From positions 12,965,770 to 13,029,769 of the forward strand of contig CM119268.1 of NCBI GenBank assembly GCA_051294375.1: 64,000 bases of DNA, in the 5' to 3' direction. Origin of the DNA: Paraspadella gotoi (Eukaryota; Animalia; Chaetognatha). Of the stretch, positions 13,384-41,831 are shown piece by piece (the first letter of the stretch is position 1; each line of letters starts with the position of its first letter). The translations under genes were made by a program, and so were the position numbers. The notes below the pieces were generated by a model. The model saw nothing but the letters and a program-made list of their open reading frames with translations. It was not told where the DNA came from and made no database searches.

Positions 13384-14470
13384 GATATTTTACTACGGTA
13401 TAATTTTTTTAAACGAAAACGAAAGAAAAGAAAGCGCTCATAGTTGGGTTTCGATTATTAAAATGGGAGACAATTTTTACTTCTTCACTTTTTAAAATGC
13501 GTCTCCAAACTAAATACAGGCTTCATATTTTAAAATAAGGTACTGTGGACGCAACAAGTTTTAGAGTAAGAATGATTTAAAAACGATAACAGTCAAAAAG
13601 ACTTAGATGCTAAGTCTATAACAATGGATATTTACAAGGTCAAAGTTTGACCATGAAGAGAATGAGAGAAAACGATCGAGGATAAGGATGGTAAGTTCGG
13701 TTTTGACCAAGGTTGCGTGTTGTTGCTCCACAGTACCCTTTTTTTGTGACCAGAATCTGTTCCCTCCAAACTACCCGATCAGATTTCATTAAATTTTACA
13801 TGGAGAGTCGTAATGACGATATAAATGGAACTATCGAGGCGAATTTTGATATTCAACCCCTGACAAGAGATACAGGACGCAGGGGGTGGAACCCTGGGGG
13901 GTCAAAAAAGGCAATTTTATTTCAAAAAAAGAGCATCCAAGACATCAATATATACAAGATGCCGCCTCTATATTTCAACTATACTGCTGTAAATTAAAAT
14001 ATACTATGCAATTGCATTACATGTTGTTATTATTTTGAAAGATTCTGATCAGCTTTTCTCTAGCTTGTTACTAAGACCCTGACCTGAAATCGTCAATATT
14101 TTAATGGTTATAAGTTTAAACAACCTGAAGTTTCTAATTGATTTTATGAAAATTTGCAAATTACTTGTTTCAATTATGCAATTGATTTGCTGCCTCTGCC
14201 ATGTTTTACGTGGTGTTATATATTTTGTCTATTTAAAATATTAAGAATTCGGATTTTCTTCGTTTCAGTAGAGAAAAATCATACTGTATTCTTTATCCTT
14301 CATAGATCAAAATGCGTTTTTGTTTTTACTCCCGGTTTTTGTTATGTTTGGTTATTGTCTCTTGCTATTTTGACGATTGACTTAGGATTTTATTAATTGT
14401 GTGGAAGATGATGAACTCAGTAATGAGAAAACTAATAGATTGGCTCGTTGACTCAATTTGTCCGTTATAA

Positions 14471-28178
<13,708 letters not shown>

Positions 28179-28634
28179 AATTTTCCCACTATTAATTTTT
28201 CGACGTTCCCGAGCTTTATTTTTATTTTCAGTTAAATAATTAAATCTTGTTTTAAATTTATAATTAGGATCAGTTATTTTCATGTCGACAAGTTTTATTC
28301 TCGTCGTTCTTTGCAGCTCGGTTAGAGATTGTGGCGTTTTAGTATATTCTTGTTTTATGAACAATAACTTTTGTTTCTAGTCACTAGATTTTAGCCTATA
28401 TTAATCCATTTTAGAATTATAACCAGAGATAATTTGACTCGCCTTCTTCATAACTTCATCAATACTGATAATTGTGAACTCTTGTTTTAATCTGTGCCGT
28501 TTTTTTGTGATATCTATTTTTAAATTATGAAATATCTCAATTCGATAATCTCCGAGTATCAATTAACTACTTATTATGTATCTTTTATCGCCTAGTAAAT
28601 ACAAAAGGTTAGCAAGGATATTAAAACTATAAAA

Positions 28635-30515
28635 ATGGAAATCGACGAAAGAATTTCCGCTGGAAAAGGTTTGTTTCAAGTCGACATGGATTTCTGCGCA
28701 TTTTGCGGGACAATACTACCCATTCCGAACATGGACAACACAATCACCTGCAAAAGGTTAACCAGATAAATTATTAATTAATTAATTATACCAGATAAAT
28801 TCTTGTAAATATTTCAATGATAACTTTTTGTTTTAAAGATGCCACCAAAAGGTGGACTTAGCAGACTACGTAGGAATAATTAGTCGCCAGCATATCGAAT
28901 TCAATAAAAACAAAAGAGCAAAAGCTTCTGCGGTAGAAAGAAAAGACAAAAGATCGGAAGGTCCGCTGGTGGAAGACCGAAAATGTTCGCGTTGTGGTCA
29001 CCTTGGGATGACGTAAGTGGGCTGATTTTTAGTGTTGTTAATGTTACGGAAAACTTCCGAATTATGAATAATACCCCGTGAGCCAAATCCAATGATACAA
29101 AAGAAACCACTGCCGTACTGTACTGTATTGAGATACAATGGTGGACTAAAATCCACCAACCGTTCATCAGCGGCCATTGGTGCCGGAGGCAAGTCATTCG
29201 CCTCCCTACCCAAAGGTCCGGGGTTTTAGCCCGTTGGTCGCCTAGCAGTTAAGAGGGACGGGGCGAAGCTCAGGGACTGCTTATATTGAACGGTTCTGTC
29301 ACTAACACATAACAATAATTACTGTCTCTTCAATACTCTATTAGATTTTGCTGTCGGCGTTCCAACTTATCGATCGCCTTTTTCATGATTAAATTTGAGT
29401 GTATGAAGCTGAAAATTTATATACAGCTTCTCATCATCGAGGTCCGTAAAATTGGGTGAGGACAGTTATTAAAAATGTTTTTTTTCTTTTATCAAAACAA
29501 ACAAATTTCCTATATTTTTATGTCTCCTCTCTCTCTTTTCTCTTTTTAATTATTTGTAGCTATTTGTAGCTCTTTTCCCCAGTCGTATCGGAAAAAAAAC
29601 GAGCCTGCAGCTGCTTCTACTGATTTCTCTTTTTCTCTCTTTTCTCCTGCTGCTTCTGCCTTCTTTCTTTTTTTCTGGCTGCCTCTGCTGCTGCCGCTGC
29701 TGATTCGTCTGAAAACGATTTGTCTTCTCTCTCTCTCTTTCTCTCTCTTTTTTTTCTTAGGGGCTTCGTCTGCTGATCAGTTTATTTGACAAAGTGTTTT
29801 TTTGTTTTTTTTTTAACTGTAACTTTAATTTTAACTTTACTTTATTATTTTTTTTAATTGACAATCGCAAAATATAATTTTTCTTTCTGTTTATATTTTT
29901 TTTTCCTTCAAATTTGATTTTTTTAGTATCAAAATTTATCGTCTATCCAGATTTTTCTTATGCGATTGCGACGATCCTTATGCTTTTAAGATTTTTTTTA
30001 CTTGTTTGGAAAGCATATTGAGAAAGTCTTAAAATTTATTTTTGATTTGTTAAATTTAAATTTATATTTGATAGACAAGTCATTGACGTATTTAAAATGT
30101 CCAAAACATTGATTTAAAAATGTTTATTTCTTGGCGTATTGTTTACGTATAATTAATTTTTCTTTTTATCAGTCGATTTGGCTCACAGGGTGTTAAATCG
30201 CTTTCGTTTCGTTACGTTTGACATAAGAAGAAAACAAATTTGTATACGTTTCGGTTAAATTGTTAAAGTTCATGAAATAATAAATGTTCAAATCTTTATT
30301 GAAGAATATGTTCCAACATACAAGGATTCATGTAACTTAGCATTTTGCGTTTGAAAAAATATCCGAAAATATATTTTTTATTTACTAAAAAAAAATTTAA
30401 TTGTTAAAAATTCTCATTCAGATATTCGACGATGCAGACGCGGTCAGCCGACGAGGGTCAAACAGTGTTTTATCATTGTCCCGAGTGTTTCAATCAAGAA
30501 ATTGAATATTCATAA
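28635..30515 (+). CDS. POLR1H: RNA polymerase I subunit RPA12, 3 exons (missed by the ORF track)
   Basis: DFCAFCGTILP...TCKRC zinc ribbon; GPLVEDRKCSRCGHLGMT joined across intron 29013-30421 to YSTMQTRSADEGQTVFYHCPEC (TFIIS-like ribbon). Confidence 0.95.
29074..30192. mobile_element. Family D MITE containing a family B solo LTR (29137-29332, TSD ATAC) and a Helentron-like fragment (about 29340-30000)
   Basis: TIRs CCCCGTGAGCCAAATCC / GATTTGGCTCACAGGGTG. Internal pieces match 10495-10717, about 4150-4215 and 14880-14957. Confidence 0.7.
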
Positions 30516-30691
30516 AATTATTTTTCTATTTTCAAACATTTTTGTTGTATTGCCAAAATAATTTTGAAATTTGTATCAAACTATTCATTGTTAATTCTTT
30601 TTTTTCTTTCGTTAGTGGTCATTTAAGTTTTTAGTTAGACAAAATGAAATTAGTTAAATTTCAGTTGTTAATGGACAATACTTTCATGCTT

Positions 30692-31714
30692 TTAACGAGG
30701 TCTTAACAATCCTCTGTCTTCGGTATGTGCCGCTGCGGAAACTTGCCTTCCATCCACCGTTCTCTCCGTTGCCCCCTTTTCATTGACAATTTGCCCTTTA
30801 GCTATTTCTGCCCCTGTCATTGGTTCAGTAATTTTTTTCTCTCCTAAGGCAAAGTTGTAACTTTTCCTGGATTCCCTGCTACCGGATGAAATTTTACCAG
30901 TTGATTGCCCCTCACTGACGATATTTCCAGAGGATAAGGTATTTTTTTCGGTCCTCAACCTGTCAGTGATTTCCCTTAAATTTGCCATATTTCTTCTTGT
31001 CACGTTCATATCTGAAATTTCTCTGGGTTCCTTGACATGAGCTAATCCCCTCAACCTTGCTCTTTTTTCCGGCTCACCCGAAAACATCACTCGGTTTACA
31101 TTTTTTCCCGCGTCTCCGTCGTCCGCAGCTCCTCCGTGGCCTCCATGCCCTCCCTTCGGCGACGAATTTACATTTTTACTTTCAGATTGTCTTCCCTGCG
31201 ATGACATTATCAGCTTGTAAATTTTTCGTGGCAACCACAAGTCGTACATGAAAGCAATCATGCAACAAACGCCAAATGCCACATATAGATCTTCGATTGT
31301 ATTCTTCTTTTTAAAAAACGCAACGGTCTTTTGATCTGCGGAAAAGTAGTGTGACCCCTGACCAGTAAGCAGTCGTCCGAAGGTCATATTTTATATTTTA
31401 TCTCACCTTTCCACATTCCCCTGATGTTCTGCTCTTGCTCCATTCGATCGATATGGCTCGGGTCCACCTTTACTTTGAGTTTCTCCTCGACGATCTTTTG
31501 TTCTTCAGTACTTGGCGTTGACGGCCTCGCCTCTGAACCATCCCAAAGTCTTTTGGCTTCATTCGTAATCTTCCAAATATACCCTTGTAAATTTGTAATT
31601 AAATATGTATCCATTAAATTATACGTCCAGTCAATTCAGAGGGGACACACCATCTTCCATAAGCATGCTGTTTAGGGCGAGAAAGACAACACCGATCGCT
31701 ATCCTCCAGTACAT
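30692..31714 (-). CDS. Unknown single-pass membrane protein, 3 exons
   Basis: Hydrophobic N-terminus MYWRIAIGVVFLALNS; two phase-1 GT-AG introns join the 76-aa and 231-aa ORFs in frame; TM-like LYVAFGVCCMIAFMYDLWL followed by a polar tail. No family recognised. Confidence 0.6.
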
Positions 31715-32237
31715 GTTTAAAAAAATTGGTGAAACATAAAAAAATTAAATCTACTTTATTCTTTTATTTTCTTTTTACGAAGCAACGCAAGTTATCTAGG
31801 CCTTTGTTTTAAGAAGTTTTAGGGGCTGTTTACTGAATACTACTTTAATTATGTATTATTTTCACATAACTTTCCTCAACTAATAGGGTTAATGTTATTA
31901 TAAAGACAAGCTACAGAAGTATATATTCAGTATTCACCGTCGCAAAAAAACATTATTATGTGGAATTGATATGAGACTAATAAGACAACCCACCATTTTT
32001 TCCTCTGCTTAATAGGGTGGAGTTATGAAAAGATTGAGCGATCGAACATTATTTTTTTGCTGTCTATGGACAATTAATAAACAAATTTTAAATCCTTTAA
32101 ACAATTTTTTTAGTATAACAGTATAGTAAATTCAATTATTTATTTAGAAATATCCTTCTTTCAAATATTTTTTTTTAATTTTTAAGAACATATTTGGAAT
32201 CGCGTTAAAAAATTAAGAAACTTATAAAATGTTATAT

Positions 32238-32495
32238 TATGGCAACAGGGGGACATGTGTAATGCCCTGGGGTAGGAGGCATCTCCCGACAGCTGGCGCA
32301 CAGGGCTTTGGACTTAGTGACCACCCCATATCACTGGCGTGTTTTTGCCGACATTATTACACTTTAACAAGCGTGACCGTGAGGGGATTGAACCCGGAAT
32401 TCACGGTTGGTGAATGAGTATTTAGCTGTTCAAAACCAATGGGACGAGCTGAGTTTTACCAAGCTATACGGGAGGCGAATTTAGGATTCGCAACA
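32238..32495 (-). mobile_element. Solo LTR (family A)
   Basis: TSD ATAT on both sides; B-box GGGTTCAATCCC on the minus strand; ends TG...GTTGCCATA. Confidence 0.8.
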
Positions 32496-32875
32496 ATATT
32501 TTAATGTTTAGACCGTAAAAAATGATTAAATAATAATAAAAAGGTATGAATTTTTACTTTTTTCACCCCATTTTAAATACTGAAGATGATAGAATTTTTG
32601 ATAACATGTTTTATATTTTTGATTTAAGTTTTAACTTTTTATGAAGAATCTGAATCTTTATTAAAAGTTTTAAAAAAATTATTTTTAAAATTTAAGAATA
32701 TTACTACAAATATATTGTATTTTACTATTCTGTTCCCGAGATAATATGAACAAAATATTTTTATACTAGTTAATGCTAATTTAATCTCACGTTTAAATAT
32801 CCTAGCTTGATCACTCAAATAATTTTTTTGTTCTTGAGAACTCCACTCTACTGCTTCATTCGATTTTTTATATCT

Positions 32876-35443
32876 TTAAATTAAAACAAAGTCTTCATCG
32901 GAACTGAGAACTTCGAATTCTTCATCGGTTTCTTCTAATTCAGATTCCTCATTAGAGTTATCGTCTTTTTGATTCATATTGATTCCTGCTGAAAAATGAT
33001 TAGTTATAAAGGAAAAGCCGCTTTGCTAAGCTGTTGCGACTTACCCTCGATCAGTGATTCATTTAACCTCCATTTCTGTGCCAAACTTCCTTCTCGAGGC
33101 CAGGTTACGATTTTTCGATTATTTTCTGGTCCTTTGACTGTTACAGCCAGCCCGTTGTAGCAACTTATAATCAGTCCATATTCGTATCTAATATGTTTAG
33201 TCTTATTTGTATCATAATCGTATTAAACATGTTAGGGTGAGTTTACTGATCATGCTTACTTCCATAGTTGGTTTGTCGAATTATCGTTTTTTGGGGGGAA
33301 ACCAATAATTTCTGTGTTTTTAGCCCACTTTTCCCGTTTAACGTCGAGAACCAATCCGCATTTGTTCACAAAGTGATGGTTTTCTGTAAAAAACCAGGTA
33401 TCGTCATCTCCGCCAATAAATTCTTTCAAAGTTACATTCGGTTCCGAAGATTCGTTTTTTGTAACGGATAAAACTAAGTCCATTGATTCATTTTGTATAG
33501 CGAACCATTTTCCCACGTATTGCGCCATTTCGTCTGCATCGGTATCAGAAATTAATAACAACACAGAGGCTAAGGGGAAAAATGTATTTATTTACCACAG
33601 TCTACTTTCACCATGGACCAAGATTCACATCGACTAGCAGGAGCCTCAGATGCGCTTACGACATAACCGTCCGCCGAATCACATTCGAGATGAAGCGCGC
33701 TTCCAGATGCTGTCTTTATCATATTGTTTTTGTAGCTGCAAAGATCGGCAGATTTTTAGATTTTTTCAGAAAATCATTATTATTCTTTTCTTACCTCCAG
33801 GTATAACTCTTATTCTTTATGGTAGTTATTCCCAGCGATTTTTCTTGTTGGTCAACCACGAAACCGTCTTTGTTTATAAGCATGCCATCGTCGATTCGCC
33901 ACATCTGACTATTCGTGCCGCTTTTGGTTTTGGCTTGTGCCTTTCCTCCAAGATCTTTATGATTAGTATCTAACACCAGACCAGTTTGATGATTTTCAAT
34001 GAAGTACCAATCAGTATTCTGAATATTCGAATCGTATTCTGAAAAAAGGTGGGTCTAAATTATCAAAGCTTGTACCTTCTTACTAATGTTCTCTTCTCAA
34101 CGTGATGCCCGGTGTGAGGCATCTCCCGACAGCTGGCGTTTAGGGGTTCGGACCTGCAGTGACCATGTCACTGGGGTGTTTAGGCCGACATCATCACATT
34201 TTAACCAGCGTGACCGTGAGGGGATTGAGTTTCACCAATCTATACGGTAGACGAATTTAAGATTCACCACAGTATAACAATTAATCTGTTGTAGATAAGA
34301 GTGGGGGCATTTTGTTTTTCGTAGGAACAAAAATTAAGAACTTTTTTATCAACCGGGGCTCATATCTGTTAGAATTACAGAATTACAATTTTTATATTGG
34401 TTGTACCAATTTCATACTATATAGTATTTCATACCCTTTTCATATTTTATCCGCCATTTTTGCCAAGGTTTTTCGTGTTTTGGCCACATTATAACAGATT
34501 GACCTTCTACCGGTTTTCCGCCTTCTACGTCCATAACCATTCCATTTAATTGGCTCACAAGTAGTCCGTTTTCATATCTGAAACAATTCGGGTTTACTAT
34601 TACTGTAAATATACATTATACAAATACAAAACTGGTCATATTTCTTAGTTGCTTTGATTTATAATTTACCGTACCTCCATTTCTGATTCCATGGATTTTT
34701 TACTCCAGACTCTTTGTTAGACCATCCAATAACATGAACGCCTTCTGCTTTGTTTTCACCATTTACGTCGGCTACTAATCCCGTTTTGTTGATTATTTTA
34801 CCATCATCACTAAAGGCCCAAAGGTTTTTGTCCAGATTTTGTTGTTGTGATATAACAAGCTTGGATCCCTTTTTTTCGTGGCTAAGGGACAATACCATAT
34901 CATTTAACTCGCTCACTAGGTAAAACCATTCTGTAAAAAGAAATAGAATGTTGGTAACCGAATTAGTCAATGAATTTTTACTTTTTAAAATATTTCAATG
35001 AGTTTTATTAAGAAACAAATTTTGGACATGTTTCGGCTTCAATGTAAACCTTCATCAGCGCAAAAACGAATTGATTTGTGAAACAGAGAGAGTATGAAAA
35101 TATTCGTTTTTGCGCTGATGAAAGCTTACATTGCAGCTGAAACATGTCCGAAATTTATGTTTCTTTATAAAACTCGTACGTAAACAAACAATTCATTTTC
35201 TACCTCAAACATAAGAATAGCAATTATTTAAATAAATTTAAAGCAATTATGTGATTTTTCGGCTTAAGGTTTTTAATATTTTTTTTAAACAGAAATGAAA
35301 ATAATGTTATTTCAAAAGTTAACATACATATATCAGTTATGTTTAAAACAAAGATTGTTTTCATTGTATTTGAATTTTTTGTTGCGATGGTAATTACAAA
35401 GCAATAATTAATAAATACAGTGTAGGTTACCTGACATGGCCAT
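32876..35443 (-). CDS. Tandem ricin-B (R-type, beta-trefoil) lectin: three domains, no signal peptide, acidic C-terminal tail; 8 exons
   Basis: Spliced start MAMSEWFYLVSELNDMVLSL. Repeated QxW subdomains (NQKWR, WQKWR, SQMWR, NQLWK, AQKWR) and GLV(L/A)DV motifs; compatible phases at the junctions checked. Last exon ends ...EETDEEFEVLSSDEDFVLI*. Confidence 0.85.
34100..34271 (-). mobile_element. Truncated family A solo LTR in a lectin intron
   Basis: Matches 32238-32495 (GAGGCATCTCCCGACAGCTGGCG, AGCGTGACCGTGAGGGGATTGA), with an internal deletion. Confidence 0.7.
35020..35066 (-). ncRNA. Minimal type I hammerhead ribozyme motif (Penelope-like element type)
   Basis: Minus strand reads CTGATGA-A-GGTTT-acattg-AAGCC-GAAAC-AT-GTC, with palindromic stem III ACATGT. 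Stem I is weak. Confidence 0.65.
35107..35153 (+). ncRNA. Minimal type I hammerhead ribozyme motif (inverted partner)
   Basis: CTGATGA (35115-35121)-A-AGCT-tacattgc-AGCT-GAAAC-AT-GTC (to 35148). Confidence 0.65.
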
Positions 35444-36353
35444 TTTGATAATAAAAAAGGCGTAGATTAAAAAACTTCAAAGACAAAACTAGTCATTCCG
35501 GTTCATAAAATTAAAAAGGGAGTTGTATGTGCGTGTGTACGAACTGAGAAGCATTGTCTATTAAATTTGATAAAGGCGTAAAACTGCAAAAGCAAGATGA
35601 ATACAAAATATGATTTAATTTAGAACCTATTATTTATTTTTAAGGGCCAAATCATATTTCAAATGTAATTAAACATCAAATTTCAAAGAAATTTAAAAGA
35701 TAAAGCAAAGATTTCCTTTTGTTTTTTTGGAGATGGCATCCTCATCGATCCGGTTGTGATCAGCTGAGGTTTTATATAACCGATCTTTGCGGTAATTTTT
35801 CTTTCTACTGTTAACGTATCGGTTGACGTTCGAATAATCACGACGCCGACACATTTAACAATCTCACGAGAAGAGTTTCCCTCCTTGAATTCTCTGGATC
35901 AAACTATTATTCTCAATCCGCTCTTCCCTTTTTCATTGACGAAACGTGGGAGCATGCTCTTCAATGTCTGCCCCTTTTGAGCGGAGGTCAAGCAGCGGCC
36001 ATCAACCCAGTTAAAATTTTCGATAAAAATGACATGATGGTACTTGGTGAAATGCTTATTTTGAACGTCGTTGCATTTTTTGCTCGGTCTGTCGAAAGCT
36101 CCATTATTGTTTTTACTTCTTTCCTTTGTATTTTACAACGATTAAATGCGCCAATTTTTTTTTCAGCTTTTTGAAGAGACAGACATTCTGTCCTTCGAAA
36201 ATATTTCTATTTTCTAGACAATAAATACTATAAATTGCGATATATTGCCCTATTATTTTCTCCAAATTAAAACTTAAAATTTAGAAAAACAAGGAAGGCA
36301 AACTTCGCACGAAAACAAAAAAAAATACTACTATCATTACATAAACATTGACA

Positions 36354-38492
<2,139 letters not shown>

Positions 38493-38535
38493 ACTCGCCC
38501 GAACGCTGATTGAACTGAACGATCGAAAAACTTCT

Positions 38536-38574
<39 letters not shown>

Positions 38575-40211
38575 CGAACGTCGCGTCCTGATATGCTTAT
38601 TCTGAGGTCATCGTCTCGGAGGGGAAACGCGATTTCGTTGGTTCGTGGTCGTTTGCACCCAGGTCCCTTGAAAGATGATTTTTCTTCCAAAGATCTTCAC
38701 TGTCTAAAAAACAATAACCGGTTATTGTCAACGAAGTTTTTTTCTATTTTCGGTGCGAATCGCCGTTTCCCTCGCCGTCGACTTGATCTACGGCCCAACA
38801 CGGTTTAGTCTCGATGCATGACTGAAATAATCATAAAGTCGAAGACAAAATAAAAATATCGACTTAGTTTTTTTTTTTTTTATCTCCTTCCCCCTTTCGT
38901 CCCACCCGTCTTTTCGGAAAATTTGTCCGCTTAGCATCTAGACTGAACTGTGTCAGTTACGTAGTATTATCGCTAGAAATAAAACGAATGTTCTATGTGA
39001 ATATTTCCAAAAAAAAAAACCAAAAAAAAAAACAAAAACAAATTATATACGTCGGTTTCCCCAACGGTTTGATCAAGATGGCACGTTATAAAAAGCACTC
39101 GGAATAATGTCACGAAGTATTTTTTCCCCCTAAGATTTTTTTTCAATCGGTCGCGTTAAAATTATTTCTTCCTACCGACACTAGTCTCTTTTCGTGCTAA
39201 TCAATTACGTCGCGGGTATTTTTATTCCCCGCGCCGCGCAAAAACTTTCCTATCACAATTCAAATCTTGACATGCGAAGCGATATCTCCATCTCGTTCAA
39301 ACCACGCCCAAATTAATATAATAATAATTATCGCGAGCGGAGGCCCAAAGCGCTGGTATTTTTGTAACGAAAACTTTTACCTATAGAACGGTCAATAAGT
39401 AATAATTAACGAATTCCATTAAGGTTTTACTTTAAAGAAAAATGATGAGCAGTGCTGTTCGACCTGCCTCGCGAAACGCATGGGTTCCACTTTTTCCTTT
39501 TTTTCTTTCTCTTATCGAATCGGTATTGCTCTGGACTATCGCAAAGGAATCGGTTTGAACCACGCTTAGGATCGATTCTTTTTCTTTTGTTTAAATTATT
39601 AATAAAGACCACAGATTTTGTGGAAGCAATCGGGTTCTTAGCTTATTCTCGACGCAGGTGGCCGCGACTGGAATTCTTGCTCCCGTGTTTTTCTTTTTTG
39701 ATAATTAAATATTAAGTAATGCGAATCGAATTGCGACATTTCGCCCTCGACCGTTGTTGTTATTTTAATGTTAAAGAATTTCGGACCACGTTAATTTATA
39801 TTCGATTGTACATTGATTAATTAATTTACCCATTAATTAATCGATCAACTTTTATCCTATTTTTAAACGCCGTTTTATGGCGTTTCAGTATCGAGGGCAA
39901 ATGGCGCTTCCGCATTAAAATATATATATATATAAAGTATTTATGTTGCAGTAAACGAAAAAGAGCTGATCTTTTTTGCCATCTTTTTTTGTTTTGGTTT
40001 TTGCTCGATGTAATGTACAAAAAGAAATGTGTTTTGTATTATCAGACTATCAATAATTATAATATCAAAGATGTAGCGGTCCTTAATAGTTTCAGTTTCA
40101 ATGAATAATTTTTTTTGATATCCAGGTTTAAAAAAATCGACCAGCGTAACTGTAGAATTTTTTTTTCCTTTTTATTCCCAGTTTTTGAAGAAACAACGGA
40201 ACTACGATACG

Positions 40212-41501
40212 ATGACACCGGAAAGCGAGAAATCAGATTTGTGCTCGGAAGCTCTCCCCCCTTCTCTTCAGCCCTCCTCCCCATCGCTTCTTCACTCCCC
40301 TCAATCAGCTTCGCGAGATCAGCTATTGGCAACTGCGGCGAAGTTCCTCGCTAACCCGGAAGTACTCGCCGCCGACGCCGACAAGAAACGTCGATTTCTA
40401 CGTTCTAAAGGCTTGACGGACGACGAGATCGAAAACGCTTTTCATTCCGCTCACGGCGCATTCGGACCGCCAAGGCCACTCCCACCTCCGCTGACTCAAA
40501 CTGTAATTCCCGTCGAAAGATTTTCGCCGCCTTGGTGGACTCTGATTTTTTTGGCCGGTAGTTTGGGGTACGGAGCCTACTTTATTTACACCAACTACGT
40601 CACTCCATTCTTAAAGAGACAGCGCCGAGTGGACAAAAAGATGGCAGTTCTAGAAGAATGTATCGTCAGCCTTCAGGTTATTCTCCACTCTTATTTTCGT
40701 GACCGTTTAGGTTTTTTTAAAACTAGTTGTTTTCAAAGGACAATGTTGCTCTAACAATGAAGTCTGTCCAAGAATCCGTTGAGAGGCTCGAGCTTTCGCT
40801 TCAGTTACAGTCATCATCATCGGCGACTATGGAATCGAGATTGCGCGAAACCCAGGCCAAGGCTTTGACCGAGGTTCGGTGTTTTTTGGGGTTGTTGTTT
40901 TTCGCGGACTCCAATAATACCAAGTTTTAATTTATTTCAGCTGCGTTCGGAAATTCTCTCTGTCAAAGGTCTTCTACTAAATGCCAGAAATTTTCCAACC
41001 CCAAAACAACTATCGCCGTCGGTCGAAATTCCCCCGGCGCCTCCAGCGTGGCAATTGACTTCTACTTCGGCCGCAGGAACGGAGCAGCGAATTGGAAAAC
41101 GATCGCTGTGTTTGGAACCGTTCTCCGCCGGTCGCATCCCCGCCGCCCAGGAAAGCGTCGTCGAATCATTGATTTGTTCGGGAAGAGACGCTAAGGAGGG
41201 ACCAGGAGGCGACTCGGCGTCTAGCGGGTCGTCGGCGGCATCGTTTGAAGTAGTTGACGGAAGGGAGGACGGCGCCCCCAGTCTCGTCAGGCGTCAAAGA
41301 CAGAGCTCTAGTCCGGACGGACTCTCTAATATCGAAGAGAGCGGCGTCAGCGTCGAAGGGGACGAAGCTGTTGGAAGCGGGGATGAAAGACTCCTGACTG
41401 ACGACGACGACGACAACGTGGGTCTGGAAAAGGAGTGCGAACGGCTGACCGTGAAAGAACGAGATAGCGAAAGTGGAGCCAATGACAGACGTTTAGTTTA
41501 A
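40212..41501 (+). CDS. PEX14: Peroxisomal membrane protein PEX14, 3 exons
   Basis: Pex14_N RDQLLATAAKFLANPEV...KRRFLRSKGLTDDEIENAF; hydrophobic segment; coiled coil LRSEILSVKGLLLNARNFP; PAWQL; acidic tail. Confidence 0.93.
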
Positions 41502-41831
41502 AAATCTGCATATCTAGGTTAGGCAAAAACGTGAATAAAAGAATGACACAATATACAATAATTAATAATTGATTGTTGTACAATTAATAATAATAATAAT
41601 AGTAGCTTTTAGTTCCCCCCCTCATAAATTGTTTGTTTTTGTTTTCCAGTTAACTGAACATATGGACGCTTTTTCCGGGGATATTTTTTTTTCTCCCCGT
41701 CGAAAAGCGGACCTCCCTGCAGGCGGGGAGCAATGAAGATCGATCGTCTTTACTTTATCATTCCTTCCCGCGGGGAAGATTTTAGGGGTTTTGTTTTAGA
41801 GACTCCTCGTTGGCAATAAAATCTCGCAGCG

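Noticed and set aside
31615-31714. Apparent in-frame TGA (selenocysteine-like) near the start of the orphan gene
   Set aside because: Recounting shows the TGA lies inside a phase-1 GT-AG intron; there is no CxxU motif.
38537-38575. Long poly-T run after importin alpha
   Set aside because: A simple 3' UTR homopolymer with no associated retrocopy or TSD.
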